Part shown: positions 34,068 to 46,000 of the stretch, piece by piece
How the letters are laid out: each line of letters begins with the position of its first letter
Numbering within the stretch: the stretch's first letter is position 1
Assembly: GCA_027371535.1 (NCBI GenBank)
Contig: DAHXMV010000001.1
Coordinates: 253,259-317,258 of the forward strand
Direction of reading: 5' to 3'
Source of the DNA: Candidatus Amesbacteria bacterium
GTDB lineage: Bacteria > Patescibacteriota > Microgenomatia > CAZETR01 > Amesbacteraceae
Length of the DNA: 64,000 nucleotides
Translations under genes and position numbers: made by a program
The notes under the pieces: generated by a model
What the model was told of the DNA's origin: nothing
What the model saw: the letters and a program-made list of their open reading frames with translations, nothing else
Databases searched by the model: none

Positions 34068-35117
34068 ATGCAGACTGTCAGGCCCGGCAACTACGACCCG
34101 GTGATAGATATTTTACGGGCAATTTCAATTTTGGCCGTGATTTGTATTCATACCACCACCAGAACGATGGAAACGGTAAATCTGTATCTGCCAAAGGTAC
34201 CTGTGGCTATTTTTTTAAACCAGATTTCCCGGTTTGCCGTACCGATGTTTTTTCTGATTTCCGGATTTGTACTGGAATTATCACACAAAGACGGTTTGGG
34301 ATACTTTGGCTATCTTAAAAAAAGACTGGGAAAAATTCTGATACCATATGTATTTTGGAGCGCTATTTACTACTTTTTCATCTACACCCGGCACGGGGTC
34401 AGTTTCTGGCAGGCTTTGGCCGGGGGGAACTCTTCATACCAATTGTATTTTATTCCATCGCTGTTTCTCTTATATTTGGTATTTCCGCTTTTACATGCCG
34501 TATACCGGTGGATCAGCCGGTGGTGGGTTATCATCCCTATCCTGGCAATCCAAATCTGGCTTTTATATCTGGATTATTATCCCCGGGAGATTAATTTGTG
34601 GGATCCGTTAAGAATAGTGGTGTTAAATTCCGGCTGCTTTCTGGCCGGGATGATAGCCTCGCAAAATACGGATAAAATTAAGGAATTAACGGTAAAATTT
34701 AAATTTATCCTGGCGCCGGCAGCCGGACTGCTGGGAATTTTTATTTTCCGGGAAGGCGGATCCAGATACCTGACATCCTGGAATTATATTGATTTTTATT
34801 CCCAGTGGAGGCCAAGTATTTTTATCTATACGTTAGGGTTATTCGGTTTAGGATATACCTGGTTAAGCCGGCCGGGGCAAATATTTCTGAAATTGGCCGG
34901 GTGGGCCAATGAGTCTTTTTTGGTTTTTTTTATTCATGTAATAATTTTAGAAAAAGTCTGGGAGTTATTTAATAAAGTGATTTTCGGAAGGCAGACAGAG
35001 TTTTTTATCCGGCAATGGTGGTGGGATCCGGTGTTTTTTTTAGTCGTGGCCGGGGGATCGTTTTTGGCTGCCAGATTGATTCATAAAATTCCCTATATTC
35101 AAAAAGTCACCGGCTGA
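34068..35117 (+). CDS. Acyltransferase 3 family membrane O-acyltransferase
   Basis: DILRAISILAVICIH, FAVPMFFLISG, KRLGKILIPY; multiple TMs. Confidence 0.88.
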   Translation: MQTVRPGNYDPVIDILRAISILAVICIHTTTRTMETVNLYLPKVPVAIFLNQISRFAVPMFFLISGFVLELSHKDGLGYFGYLKKRLGKILIPYVFWSAIYYFFIYTRHGVSFWQALAGGNSSYQLYFIPSLFLLYLVFPLLHAVYRWISRWWVIIPILAIQIWLLYLDYYPREINLWDPLRIVVLNSGCFLAGMIASQNTDKIKELTVKFKFILAPAAGLLGIFIFREGGSRYLTSWNYIDFYSQWRPSIFIYTLGLFGLGYTWLSRPGQIFLKLAGWANESFLVFFIHVIILEKVWELFNKVIFGRQTEFFIRQWWWDPVFFLVVAGGSFLAARLIHKIPYIQKVTG

Positions 35118-35118
35118 G

Positions 35119-35427
35119 ATGGCAAAACAGATTAAAGCCAGACAGCTGACAGGTTTCTGGGAATTAACCCGGGGTCTGATCGGTTATCAAAAACCACTGC
35201 CGATGTATTTTAAAACCAGATGGGGGATACACACTTTCGGGGTCAGGTTTCCACTGGATATCCTGATTCTGGATAAAAATCAGCGGGTGGTGAGAATGGA
35301 AAAAGGCTTAAATCCCTGCAGGATTTATGTCTGGCCTCCGGTTAATGACGGGGTACTGGAGTTACCGGCCGGGACGATTGAAAAAAAACGAATTAAAACC
35401 GGAGATATAATCAATATCTCATGGTAA
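35119..35427 (+). CDS. DUF192-like protein
   Basis: IHTFGVRFPLDILILD, VLELPAG. Confidence 0.8.
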   Translation: MAKQIKARQLTGFWELTRGLIGYQKPLPMYFKTRWGIHTFGVRFPLDILILDKNQRVVRMEKGLNPCRIYVWPPVNDGVLELPAGTIEKKRIKTGDIINISW

Positions 35428-36386
35428 AAAATGACCGGCTGGTATGGGCTGATGTGACCAGAGGGCTGGCGATTTTTTTGGTACTTTTCGTACACACTGC
35501 GGTTTTTCCCGCCAAGGCGGGGATTGCCAATCCGATAACCCTGACTTTATTATCCATATCCAGATTGGGGGTGCCCCTGTTTGTGCTGTTATCGGGCAGC
35601 CTGCTCCTGGTTAAATCCGAAAGTTACGGGGTGTTTGTTAAAAAAAGGATCAGCCGGCTGGTAAAACCCTGGTTTTTCTGGTCGGTCATAATTACCCTGG
35701 ACCAAATGATTATTTTTCACCGACCCGTGAATAATTTAGCAGGTTTATTGGCTTTATTCAGATCAATTTTCGTACCGGTGTGGTTTGTGCCGATGCTTTT
35801 GGGTTTATATCTCTTAACCCCGGCTTTGAGGATTTTAGTAAAAAATGCCGGACAAATTGACGTTTTTTTAATCTGTCTTTGGTGGTTTGGCGGATTATCA
35901 ATCTTACCGTTTTTGAGAAATACGGCAGCTTTTCCCATGGTTTCCGACAACGGTATAGTCCGTCAGGTGGTTCAGTTCAGCGGTTATTTTCTGGGCGGGT
36001 GGTGGCTATCCAAAGCCAGCCGGAAAGTACATAAATTTTTTTGGGCCGCGGGAATTGCAGGCTGGATTTTAACATTATATAAAAGCAATGCAGATCTGAA
36101 TTTTTTAAACTACCTGGCTCCCGGGGTGGTACTGATGGCCGGGGGAGGTTTTAGCGGATTACTGACTCTCGGCCCATATCTTTCGGGCAAAATAAATTCC
36201 GGGATTAAAAATGTTTTGGCCTTGATTAGCCAAACCACTCTGGGAATTTACTTTGTCCACCCGCTGATTCTGCAAACCCGCCTGATACCGGAAGGGTTAT
36301 TTGGTACCGGACTGTTATTCTTAATTTCATTCGGGGTAATTTATGGATTACAAAAAATTGCCCCGATTAGATCCTGGGTGGCTTAA
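35421..36386 (+). CDS. Acyltransferase 3 family membrane O-acyltransferase
   Basis: DVTRGLAIFLVLFVH, GVPLFVLLSG, GIYFVH. Confidence 0.86.
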   Translation: MVKNDRLVWADVTRGLAIFLVLFVHTAVFPAKAGIANPITLTLLSISRLGVPLFVLLSGSLLLVKSESYGVFVKKRISRLVKPWFFWSVIITLDQMIIFHRPVNNLAGLLALFRSIFVPVWFVPMLLGLYLLTPALRILVKNAGQIDVFLICLWWFGGLSILPFLRNTAAFPMVSDNGIVRQVVQFSGYFLGGWWLSKASRKVHKFFWAAGIAGWILTLYKSNADLNFLNYLAPGVVLMAGGGFSGLLTLGPYLSGKINSGIKNVLALISQTTLGIYFVHPLILQTRLIPEGLFGTGLLFLISFGVIYGLQKIAPIRSWVA

Positions 36387-36892
36387 CGCGACCGCCTGAT
36401 ATGCCGGATGATTTTCTCGGAATAAGCCCTGGGGTTGAAATTGATAAGATACATAGCGATAAACAAGCCTAATAAAATATAGAACAGGTCCGGCAGGGAG
36501 TGCCTGACGGTCAAATTAAAGAGCTGAAACGGCAGTAGTAACAGGGTGACTCCGATCAATAAATCCACCCCCCAATTTTTGCGATAAATCAGACCGATGG
36601 CTCCGGCGATTTTGGCCAGTCCCAGAAGAATCAAAAAGACGGATAAGGAATAATGCCGGGACAAGACATATGGGACAATTCTTTGGGAAACGATAACCAA
36701 CAGATCCCGGGGGGATTCCAGTAATTCCTGCGACACCAGCCGCCGATAGGCCTGCAGGGCCTGCGGACCGACAATTAAAATACCCAACCCGAAAAGCAGT
36801 TCCAGAAATCCTGTGACTAATTTGTAGGCCACAATATACCAGGAAACATGCAGTTCCTGTTCCAAACCGGCTTCGAGTCGGGCGGGATTCAT
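36383..36892 (-). CDS. DUF2127-like membrane protein
   Basis: YKLVTGFLELLFG; four TMs. Confidence 0.65.
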   Translation of the reverse strand: MNPARLEAGLEQELHVSWYIVAYKLVTGFLELLFGLGILIVGPQALQAYRRLVSQELLESPRDLLVIVSQRIVPYVLSRHYSLSVFLILLGLAKIAGAIGLIYRKNWGVDLLIGVTLLLLPFQLFNLTVRHSLPDLFYILLGLFIAMYLINFNPRAYSEKIIRHIRRSR

Positions 36893-36911
36893 TTCTTAAT
36901 TATGGCATTTT

Positions 36912-37628
36912 TTACATCCAATCATGCACGGACATTTCGGGGGCTTCGCTGTTTACTAATTCGGCGATTTTGGCGGCCACCAATTCCGGAGGATCGGGCG
37001 GGCGGATACTGCGCCCGGAAGCGGCCGGATCCCAAATCCGTTCATGCTCGGTGAGGGTATTTTTGGCAAAATCAGTAGCGGTCATATAGGGATAAATGAC
37101 GGAAACTTTGATATGGTCTTTTTCCAGTTCTTTTGCGGCCGTCAAAGAAATAGCATTTAAAGTCCGTTTTAAACCGGAGTAACCGCTCATATACGGCAAA
37201 TACATGAGAGAAGTGCCGGAAGATACATTAATAATGAGACCACTCCCCTGCCGACGCATAATGGGAATCACGGTTTGCATGGCCACCAGCGGTGCCAGCA
37301 CATTAACTTCAAATACCTGACGCAATTTTTCCGGATCGGTTTTTTCAACCGAGGCATCATAACCGATACCGGCGTTATTAATTAATATATCTATCCGACC
37401 GAAGTGTTTTTCGGCAGTGGTAATCAGCTTTTTAATGGCTCTGTGATCGGTGACATCGGCAGGTATGACCAGACTGCCCGGCAGAGTGTCCGCAATTTTT
37501 CTAAGTTTATCCACCGATCTGGCGGCCAGAACCAGACGGGCGCCTTTTTGGAATAGAAGCCTGGCTGTGGCTTCGCCGATACCTGCCGAAGCACCGGTAA
37601 CAACAATCACCCGATTTTTTATTTCCAT
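36912..37628 (-). CDS. Short-chain dehydrogenase/reductase
   Basis: TGASAGIG, NNAG, YSGLK. Confidence 0.92.
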   Translation of the reverse strand: MEIKNRVIVVTGASAGIGEATARLLFQKGARLVLAARSVDKLRKIADTLPGSLVIPADVTDHRAIKKLITTAEKHFGRIDILINNAGIGYDASVEKTDPEKLRQVFEVNVLAPLVAMQTVIPIMRRQGSGLIINVSSGTSLMYLPYMSGYSGLKRTLNAISLTAAKELEKDHIKVSVIYPYMTATDFAKNTLTEHERIWDPAASGRSIRPPDPPELVAAKIAELVNSEAPEMSVHDWM

Positions 37629-37675
37629 AACATATAAGTATACCCAACCCATGCAAACGGGGGGATAATTAGGGA

Positions 37676-40063
37676 GTGAAAAAGGGGTTAATCATCGGCC
37701 TGATATTATTTTCGGGTTGGCTTCTGTGGTGGACTATTCCCGATATAAAAAGCGGCGGGACGATAAAAATCCGAGACAGAAACGGGGAATTGCTATACGA
37801 AACAGCCGGAAACGTGGGGCGAAAGCAACCCGTAAGCTATAACCAATTTCCAAAATATCTGATAGACGGGGCTGTGGCTGCCGAGGATAAGACCTATTTT
37901 ACCAATCCGGGAATAGACCCTGTGGCCATGCTTAGGGCAGCCTTTCAAAATCTGAAATACGGGCAAATTGTCAGCGGCGGAAGTACCATCACCCAACAAT
38001 TAGCAAGAATTGCGGTTATCGCCGACAAATCGATCTACTCGCACAACTGGCTTCGAAAAATCAGAGAAAGCCTGATAGCCATAAGATTAACTCTGGTATA
38101 CAGCAAACAGGACATTCTGACCCAATATTTAAACAATGTTTACTTCGGACACCTGGCTTACGGCGCCCAGGCGGCTGCCCGGACATATTTTCATAAGGAC
38201 GTCAGCCAGCTGTCATTGGCTCAGAGCGCATATCTGGTGAGCCTGATTTCGACTCCGGAAAATGATCCTTCAATAATCCGGAGACGACAAACGGAAATAT
38301 TAAACCAGTTAGAGTCGCAAAAATTCATCAGCCGGGAACAGGCAACCAATGCCAAAACCGAGGAAATGACTTTATATCCTCCCGAGGCCTCAGCCTCTGC
38401 CCCGCACTTTGTGGACTACGTCAGACAGCAACTGGCAGATACGGGCATAAATTATTCCGGCGGCATAAATGTGATCACGACCCTGGACGGCCCCGACTTT
38501 ATGCTGGCCCAGGATATTGCCCGGGAATGGGTGAAAAAACTGTCCGGGGAGCACGATTTATCCAATGCTTCCCTGGTAATGCTGGATAACCGGACCGGGG
38601 CCATCAGAGTAATGCTCGGGGGGATTGATTACGCCGATGCAACCCACGCCGGACAGGTGAATCTGACCACAGCCAGCAGACAACCGGGGTCTGCCCTAAA
38701 GCCCATTACCTACGCGGCCGCCTTTGACATGGGATATACACCGGCAACATTGATATATGACGTACAAACGGTGTACCAAACTCATACCGGCGAGGGATTC
38801 ACCCCGAATAATTACGACGGCCGGTATCACGGACTGGTCCTGGTTCGGGAAGCCCTGGCGTCATCTTTAAACCAGCCGGCGGTAGAAATGTTAAACCGGA
38901 TCGGCATCGGAAACTTTTTACAAACTGCCGCCGACCTGGGGATCAGGACATTAAAACCCGACCCCAAATATGACCTGGCACTGACATTGGGCGGGGGGGA
39001 AGTCACGCTTTTAGATCTGACCAATGTATATGCCAGCCTGGCCAGGGGAGGAAGTTATTTACCGCCGTATGCCATCGAAAAAATTACCGATGATTCCGGC
39101 CGGGTGATCTATCAACACCACCCCCAACAATCCAAACAGGTTTGGGGAAATAAAAGTCCGCAGATAGCCTACCTGATTACCGATATTCTGGCAGATCCGC
39201 TGGCCCGGATTCCGGGTTTCGGGGAAAAAAATCCGCTGGTGCTGTCTTTTCCCGCGGCGGTGAAAACCGGAACCACGACTGACTGGCACGACAACTGGAC
39301 GGTGGGTTATACGCCGCAAACAACGGTGGGGGTATGGGTGGGAAATAATGACAACCATCCGATGATCCGGCTGACGGGAATTACGGGCGCGGCGCCGATC
39401 TGGAACCAGTTTTTTGAGGAAATCCATAAAGGCCAGCCTGCGGTGACGTTTACAAAACCTGCGGGGATCGTCCAAACCACCATTTGTAAAACAGACGGCT
39501 TACTACCCGGTGATTTATGCCGGGAACAAATGGAGGAAAAATTTATAGCCGGAACAGAACCCAAACAGGAGTCGCAAATTTACAAACAGGTTTTAATCGA
39601 TACCAGAAATAACCTCCCGGCAGGGATGGATTGTCCCAAAAAATATTTGGTCACCAAAGTGTTGATTGATTATCCGCCACAGGTCTACGGTTGGGCGGTG
39701 GACAACGGGCTGACGGTCATTCCGAGAGATTCTTCACCGCTTTGCAGCCAGCAAGCCAATACCAATTCCGCATCAACATATGTGAATATAATATTTCCCA
39801 AAAATAATTCCGTGTTTCAGTCAGCTGCAGGGGTGGTAAAAAATCAGCTGATAGATTTATCGGTGAACACTTCCGGGGATGTAACCGGTGTCAACTGGTA
39901 TATTGACGGAAAATTATATAAATACACGAACACTTACCCGTTTTTATCAGCCTGGCCGCCCACACCCGGTGATCATGTGATTATGGCAGAAGGGATAACC
40001 CCGACCGGTGAAACAGCCCGGAGTCAGCAGATTCTCATAAAAGTCACAGAATACGGATTGTAA
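37676..40063 (+). CDS. pbpC: Penicillin-binding protein 1C-like (transglycosylase/transpeptidase)
   Basis: EDK, GGSTITQQL, GSALK (SxxK), SLN, KTGT; directly upstream of alpha-2-macroglobulin. Confidence 0.85.
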   Translation: MKKGLIIGLILFSGWLLWWTIPDIKSGGTIKIRDRNGELLYETAGNVGRKQPVSYNQFPKYLIDGAVAAEDKTYFTNPGIDPVAMLRAAFQNLKYGQIVSGGSTITQQLARIAVIADKSIYSHNWLRKIRESLIAIRLTLVYSKQDILTQYLNNVYFGHLAYGAQAAARTYFHKDVSQLSLAQSAYLVSLISTPENDPSIIRRRQTEILNQLESQKFISREQATNAKTEEMTLYPPEASASAPHFVDYVRQQLADTGINYSGGINVITTLDGPDFMLAQDIAREWVKKLSGEHDLSNASLVMLDNRTGAIRVMLGGIDYADATHAGQVNLTTASRQPGSALKPITYAAAFDMGYTPATLIYDVQTVYQTHTGEGFTPNNYDGRYHGLVLVREALASSLNQPAVEMLNRIGIGNFLQTAADLGIRTLKPDPKYDLALTLGGGEVTLLDLTNVYASLARGGSYLPPYAIEKITDDSGRVIYQHHPQQSKQVWGNKSPQIAYLITDILADPLARIPGFGEKNPLVLSFPAAVKTGTTTDWHDNWTVGYTPQTTVGVWVGNNDNHPMIRLTGITGAAPIWNQFFEEIHKGQPAVTFTKPAGIVQTTICKTDGLLPGDLCREQMEEKFIAGTEPKQESQIYKQVLIDTRNNLPAGMDCPKKYLVTKVLIDYPPQVYGWAVDNGLTVIPRDSSPLCSQQANTNSASTYVNIIFPKNNSVFQSAAGVVKNQLIDLSVNTSGDVTGVNWYIDGKLYKYTNTYPFLSAWPPTPGDHVIMAEGITPTGETARSQQILIKVTEYGL

Positions 40064-40084
40064 TGAAACCCGGAATCTGATTAA

Positions 40085-43000
40085 ATGATTTCAAGGTGCG
40101 GACATATGTTTTTGGATAAGCTAAAGGGGCTAGCCATAAAAGGTGTGGGGAAAATCATCTCGTGGGGATGGGGTTTTGTTCATTTGCCACTGAAGGAGAA
40201 ATGGGCAAGAATCAAAATCCCGGTGATGGTGGCAATAATTGTCGGGGTGGTAATTCTGATCGGACCTTATTTTGCACAGCCGAAAATCAGCGTCAGCTTT
40301 CCGGGAAACAACTCCCGGGAAAATCCTTTAGACAGCGATGTGGAAATCATTTTTGACCGGGGGATGAATAAAGCGAGCGTGGAAAAAAGTTTTTCAATAA
40401 CTCCAAAGGTGGACGGAGCCCTGACGTGGGAAAGCAACCGGAAACTGGTGTTTACACCAAAAATTCCCCTGCAGAGAGGGGTAAACTACAAAGTGAAATT
40501 TAACGGACTGGCAGTTTCCAGTTTCCTGTCGCCAATGCCCGGCGGGGTATCGGTGACTTTTACGACGGTCGGGAATCCAATCGTATCGGTCTTTTCGCCC
40601 CAGTCCGAGGCAGTAGAGGACCTGGCACCGGTAATGGTAATTTTTGACCGGCCGATGATTCCTTTGACTACGGCCACAAACAGCGCGGAGAAAAAATCTC
40701 CGTTTGAAATATCGCCTCCACTAACCGGAACGGGAAAATGGCTGGGGACTACCGCTTACCAGTTTACCCCGTTGAAACCATTTAAAAAAGCCACCACCTA
40801 CACGGTATCCGTGGTCCCGAATCTGAAATCGGCGGACGGAGGAATAATTAGCCAGTCCTTTTCCTGGCAGTTTTCCAGCCTCAGACCGCATGTTTTATCG
40901 GTAGTTCCGCGGGAGGGGGAGTTTTACGCGTCACCGACAGCCTCTGTCTCTGCAGTTTTCAATCAAAATATCGACGGAGCATCAGCTGCCACCCACTTCA
41001 AGTTGGTAGACACTAACGGGAATCAGATTCCCGGGCGGGTAACAGTTAACGGAAAGCGATTGGGATTTTACCCGGCGGCGGCTCTGGTACGGGAAAAAAT
41101 TTATAAAGCGGTAATTATGGCCGGTCTGGCCGGAAAAGAAGGGCCCAACGGAACGGAATCCGATTATGCCTGGAGCTTTACCATGGCTGCCAAACCGGCA
41201 GTCCTGAGATCAGCGCCGGCTGACGGGGATAAAAATGTAGAAAATCAGGGAATATCGGTATTTTTCAAAACCCCCATGGATGAAGATTCCTTTAAGGACA
41301 ATATCAGTATCAACCCCGTACCGGAAAACAAACCGAATTTCAATTTTTCGGACTGGAACAGTCAAAACGAGCTGAATATTTACAGCTACCTCTTTAGGTC
41401 GACGAAATATACGGTGACCATCGGACCAAAAGTAACCGACCAGTACGGAGTGCCCCTGGGATCGGCATATACATTCAGTTTCACTACCGCCGACTATAAA
41501 CCCAGCGTGTCGTTTGTGCCTTTCGGTACTTATTTTGCCAGTTTCAATCAGCAGATAGTCCCGCGGATTGTGGCCCAGGTAAACAATGCCGGGGAAGTAA
41601 ATTACAATTTATATAAACTCGACCGGAACAGCTTTTTGGATTTGTACAAGCGCTACTATACGGATTTCTGTTCGTGGAACAATGAAGGCTGCCGGAACTG
41701 GCAAAATTATGACGTTTCCAAACTGGAAAAAGTCCGGTCATGGAAAGAAACCATAGATATAAACCCCAGCGTACCGGTAAATGTGGTGACCAAAGTGACG
41801 GCGGCAGACGGGACGAATCTGTTGTCGGGATTTTATTTTCTGACGGCCAACGTGAATACCGGACAGCATGACAATATGGTGATGATTGTGTCGGACGCCA
41901 CCATGGCGGTCAAAAAGAGCAGCCAGCAGATTTTTACCTGGACGGTGGACCAGACCAGCAATGAAGTCATCGGGGGGATGAATATGGAACTGACCGATGC
42001 CTACGGCAACAAGCTGGCATCCGGACAGACAAACGGGGACGGAGTCTGGCAGCAGGACGTCAACATCGGCAATACCTATAACCTGCTGATTTTCGGACAA
42101 AAAGACAGCGATGTGGTAGTGGCTTCTTCAAACTGGGGAAGCGGGATAAACCGGTATGATTTCGGTTTGCCGAGTTATTACAGCTACAACGCCTCCGAGG
42201 ATAACCAAAACAGCAATAACCGGTATAAATTATTTCTAACCACAGACAGGCCGATTTACCGGCCCGGGCAAAAAATTTATTTTAAAGGCCTGATCCGTAA
42301 AGATAACGACGCGGCATATGCCAATATTCCGCCGGGAACACCGGTTTCAGTCAATATTGCCGATGGCCGGGGGAGATCCATTTACAGCAAATCACTACCG
42401 ACAAATTCTTCAGGAACTTTTGCCGACACCTGCGACATCAGTGCCGACGGAGAACTGGGATATTATGATCTGACTGCTACATACGGGGATAACAGCGTAT
42501 CGCAGCAGGTGCAGGTGGAAGAGTTCCGCCGGCCGGATATGCTTTTGACCATTATCCCGGATAAGGGTTATTACCTGGCCGGACAGACCCCGGGGGCGAC
42601 GATTAACACGGCTTATTATTTCGGGGCACCAATGGCCAATGCCCAAGTCAACTGGTCTTTAAATACCCAGGATTATTTCTTTAACTGGAGCCGTGACTGG
42701 CGGTTTGAATTCGGGGATGTGGAAGATATCTGGTACAGATGGTGGGGTTACCACTCCTCTTCGGGAGCTCAGGTTACCAGCGGCACCGGGGTAACGGATG
42801 ACCAGGGTAACCTGAACCTGAAAATTCCTTTCAACATGGGGAAATATACTACCAGCCAACAATTGGAACTGGTGGCCCAGGTGACCGATAAGAGTAATCA
42901 GGCGGTAGGGTCATCACAGACTTTTGTAGTCCACCAAGGAGGAATTTATGCGGGCTTGCACCCGGAAAGCTACGGCAGCAGCGCCGGCTCCGAAACCAAG

Positions 43001-46000
43001 GTGGAGGTGGTGACGGTGGCCCCTGATGAAAATGAAGTCCCGAATACTGCCGTCACCATCCAGTTTTTCAAAAGAACATGGAATACCGTCCGGCAACTGG
43101 ATCCCGAATCGGGGCAATTTACCTATGTCAGCCAGCCGCACGACACCCAGGTAGCCAATGCCAATATCATCACCGACAACTTCGGCCATGCAACCACCTC
43201 TTTTACCCCGGGTGAGGGCGGCACATACCGGGTGCTGGCCAGTGTAACGGATGCCCTGGGGAACACGACAAAAACCAGCAGTTATGTCTGGGTGTCGGGC
43301 AGCGGATACATGACCCAGAGGGAGAATAACGACCGGATTCTGGTAGTACCGGATAAACGGGAATATTTTGTCGGGGATAATGCCTCCGTATTTGTGGATA
43401 CACCGTTTGCCACCGGTTCCGCCAAGACCCTCTTAACAGTCGAAAGATCCAAGGTGATCAGTTATAAAATCGTTGACACCAGCGATGTTTCCAATAATTT
43501 TCAAATGCCGATAAACCCCAACTACTCGCCCAATATCTATATCGGGGCGGTACTGGTCAAGGGCGGCAACCTGGTAAGCGCACCGCCGGAAATGAAAGTC
43601 GGATATGCCGAAGTAAAAGTGACAGACAAAAAACAGCAGCTGACGGTGGATATCCAGACTGATAAACCAAAATATAAGCCGGGGGAGACGATGCATGCTG
43701 TCATCACTGCCAAAGATTTGCTGGGGCATCCGGTAAATGCGGAATTGGCTGTCGGCCTGGTAGATAAATCGGTCTGGGACCTGTCGGAAATCCAGCTGCC
43801 GGATATTTATCAGTACTTTTATGTACCCAGGAATCTGGAAGTGGATACATCGCATTTGTTATCCATTTCCATGGACAGGATCAATACCAACACCAACCTG
43901 GGGGCCAAAGGCGGCAGCGGCGGATGTTTTACCGCGGAAACTCCGATTCTCTTGCCCGGCGGATTAACCAAACCCATCGGGGAGATCAAACCCGGAGACC
44001 GGGTGTTAACCAAAAGCAGCCCCGAATCGGCTGATCTGATCCCCGGAAAAGTGACGGCCGTATTAAAGCACAGTGTGGACAGATACCTGATCATAAACGG
44101 CAGTATTCATGTCACACCAGTACATTTATTATTTGTTAACGGGAATTGGAAAGCGGCTGGGGAAATTCAGACGGGTGACTGGCTGTTAAATACCAAAAAC
44201 GAACCGGTCAGAGTAAATTCTGTAGAGCAAGTATTCGGAAAAGACTTGATAGTTTATAACCTGGAAGTTGATCAGTACCACACTTTTTTTGCAGACGGGA
44301 TTTTTGTGCACAACCAGAAAGGCGGCGGTACGGATACCGCCCGGAATAATTTTCCCGAAACCGCTTATTGGAATCCGTCGATATTGACCGGCGATGACGG
44401 AAAAGCAGATATCACTGTCAAGCTGCCCGACAATCTGACCACGTGGAGATTGTCGGCGATTGCGGATTCCCGGGAGTCGGCATTCGGGTCGGCAACAGAT
44501 GAATTTGTAGTCAACCGAGAGGTGATGATCAGACCGGTGATACCCAGATTTTTGTTATACGGCGATCAGGCCAGTCTGGGAGCAATTATTGTAAATACCA
44601 GCGGTAAATCAGCCGTCTTCTCCACCACTCTGTCAGGCAAAGGTCTGACAGTAAATGCCAATTCCGTCCAGACGGCCACGATAGCCGACGGCGACCAGGC
44701 GAAATTTTTGTGGCCGACAACCACTGCCGGGAGCACCGATTCAGCCACCATTAATATCTCGGTAACGGACCAGAGCGGAACCCTGCATGACAGTTTAGTG
44801 CAAACCCTGCCGGTGAAAAGCTTTTCGACCGGAGAAACCGTGGCCACAGCCGGACAGGCGGCGGACACGGCGGTAGAAAACGTCAAATTACCGTCCGTGG
44901 TGGAATCCCAAAACGGGCGGGTGGATATTACTTTGTCCCCTTCACTGGGGACGGGCAGTATAGAAGCCGCCAATTATATGTATGATTACTCCTATTTCTG
45001 TACCGAGCAGACAACCAGTAAATTACTTACGGCAGTCAGCGCCCTTAAGGTATTAAGACAGGCAAAAACGGAAACTCTGGGATCCGTATCCCAGATGGAA
45101 ATGAACTGGATGGCAAATGATGCCATCCAAAGGCTGAATAATACCCAGCGGCCCGACGGCGGATGGGGCTGGTGGACGGAAGAAAGCTCCAGTGATCCGA
45201 TGATGTCTGCATATGCTTATTTAGGTCTTTGGGAAGCCAAAAACGCAGGCTTCACAGTCGCGGATAAAACCCTGAATCCGGCCAGACAATTTCTGCTGAC
45301 CAGTCTTTCGGGAAATTATCCGACCATAGGCCTGGACGGGAAAACTTTCCTGTTATATGCCTTAAAAGACAGCGGAGCTAATCTGTCGGCGTATGCGACA
45401 AATCTGTATGACCGGAGATTTGAAATGGGGGTAGCTTCGAGAGCATATCTGGCCATGGTCCTGAGGGCCAGTAAATTATCCGACGCAGCCAACAAGCAAT
45501 ATCAGGAGGTGCTGAGCCTGGCGAAAAAAACTTCTACCACCAGCCACTGGGAAGAATCCGGCAGAAATTATTATTACTGGTATTACGGAGCTAATCCGAC
45601 CACGGCAGCAGTCCTGGAGATGATGACGGATTTTGCCCCGAATAATCCCATGACCGGTGAAGCGGTGAGATATCTGATGGCCAACAGGGGGGATTATAAC
45701 TGGGGTTCCACCCAACAGACAGCCCTGATTATGAGAGCCATTACGAAGCAGATGCTGGCCGGCCAGAATGCCAACCTGAAAGAAAATTACAAACTGGAAA
45801 TCAACAACCGGGAGGTGCTTTCCGGACAATTAACCGCCGCTGATTTGCTTAGACTGGTGAAATTCAGCGTGCCGATTTCCAGCCTGGCTATCGGGCAGAA
45901 TAACACATTTAAAATTTCCAAAAGCGGCAGCGGAAATCTTTATTACAACTTTAACATGCATTACTTCCTGCCGTTTTCACAAATCGCGGCGCTTGATCAG

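Noticed and set aside
43925-44314. Mobile homing-endonuclease intein
   Set aside because: Only 130 aa with no endonuclease motifs, and the +1 residue is Gln rather than Cys/Ser/Thr.
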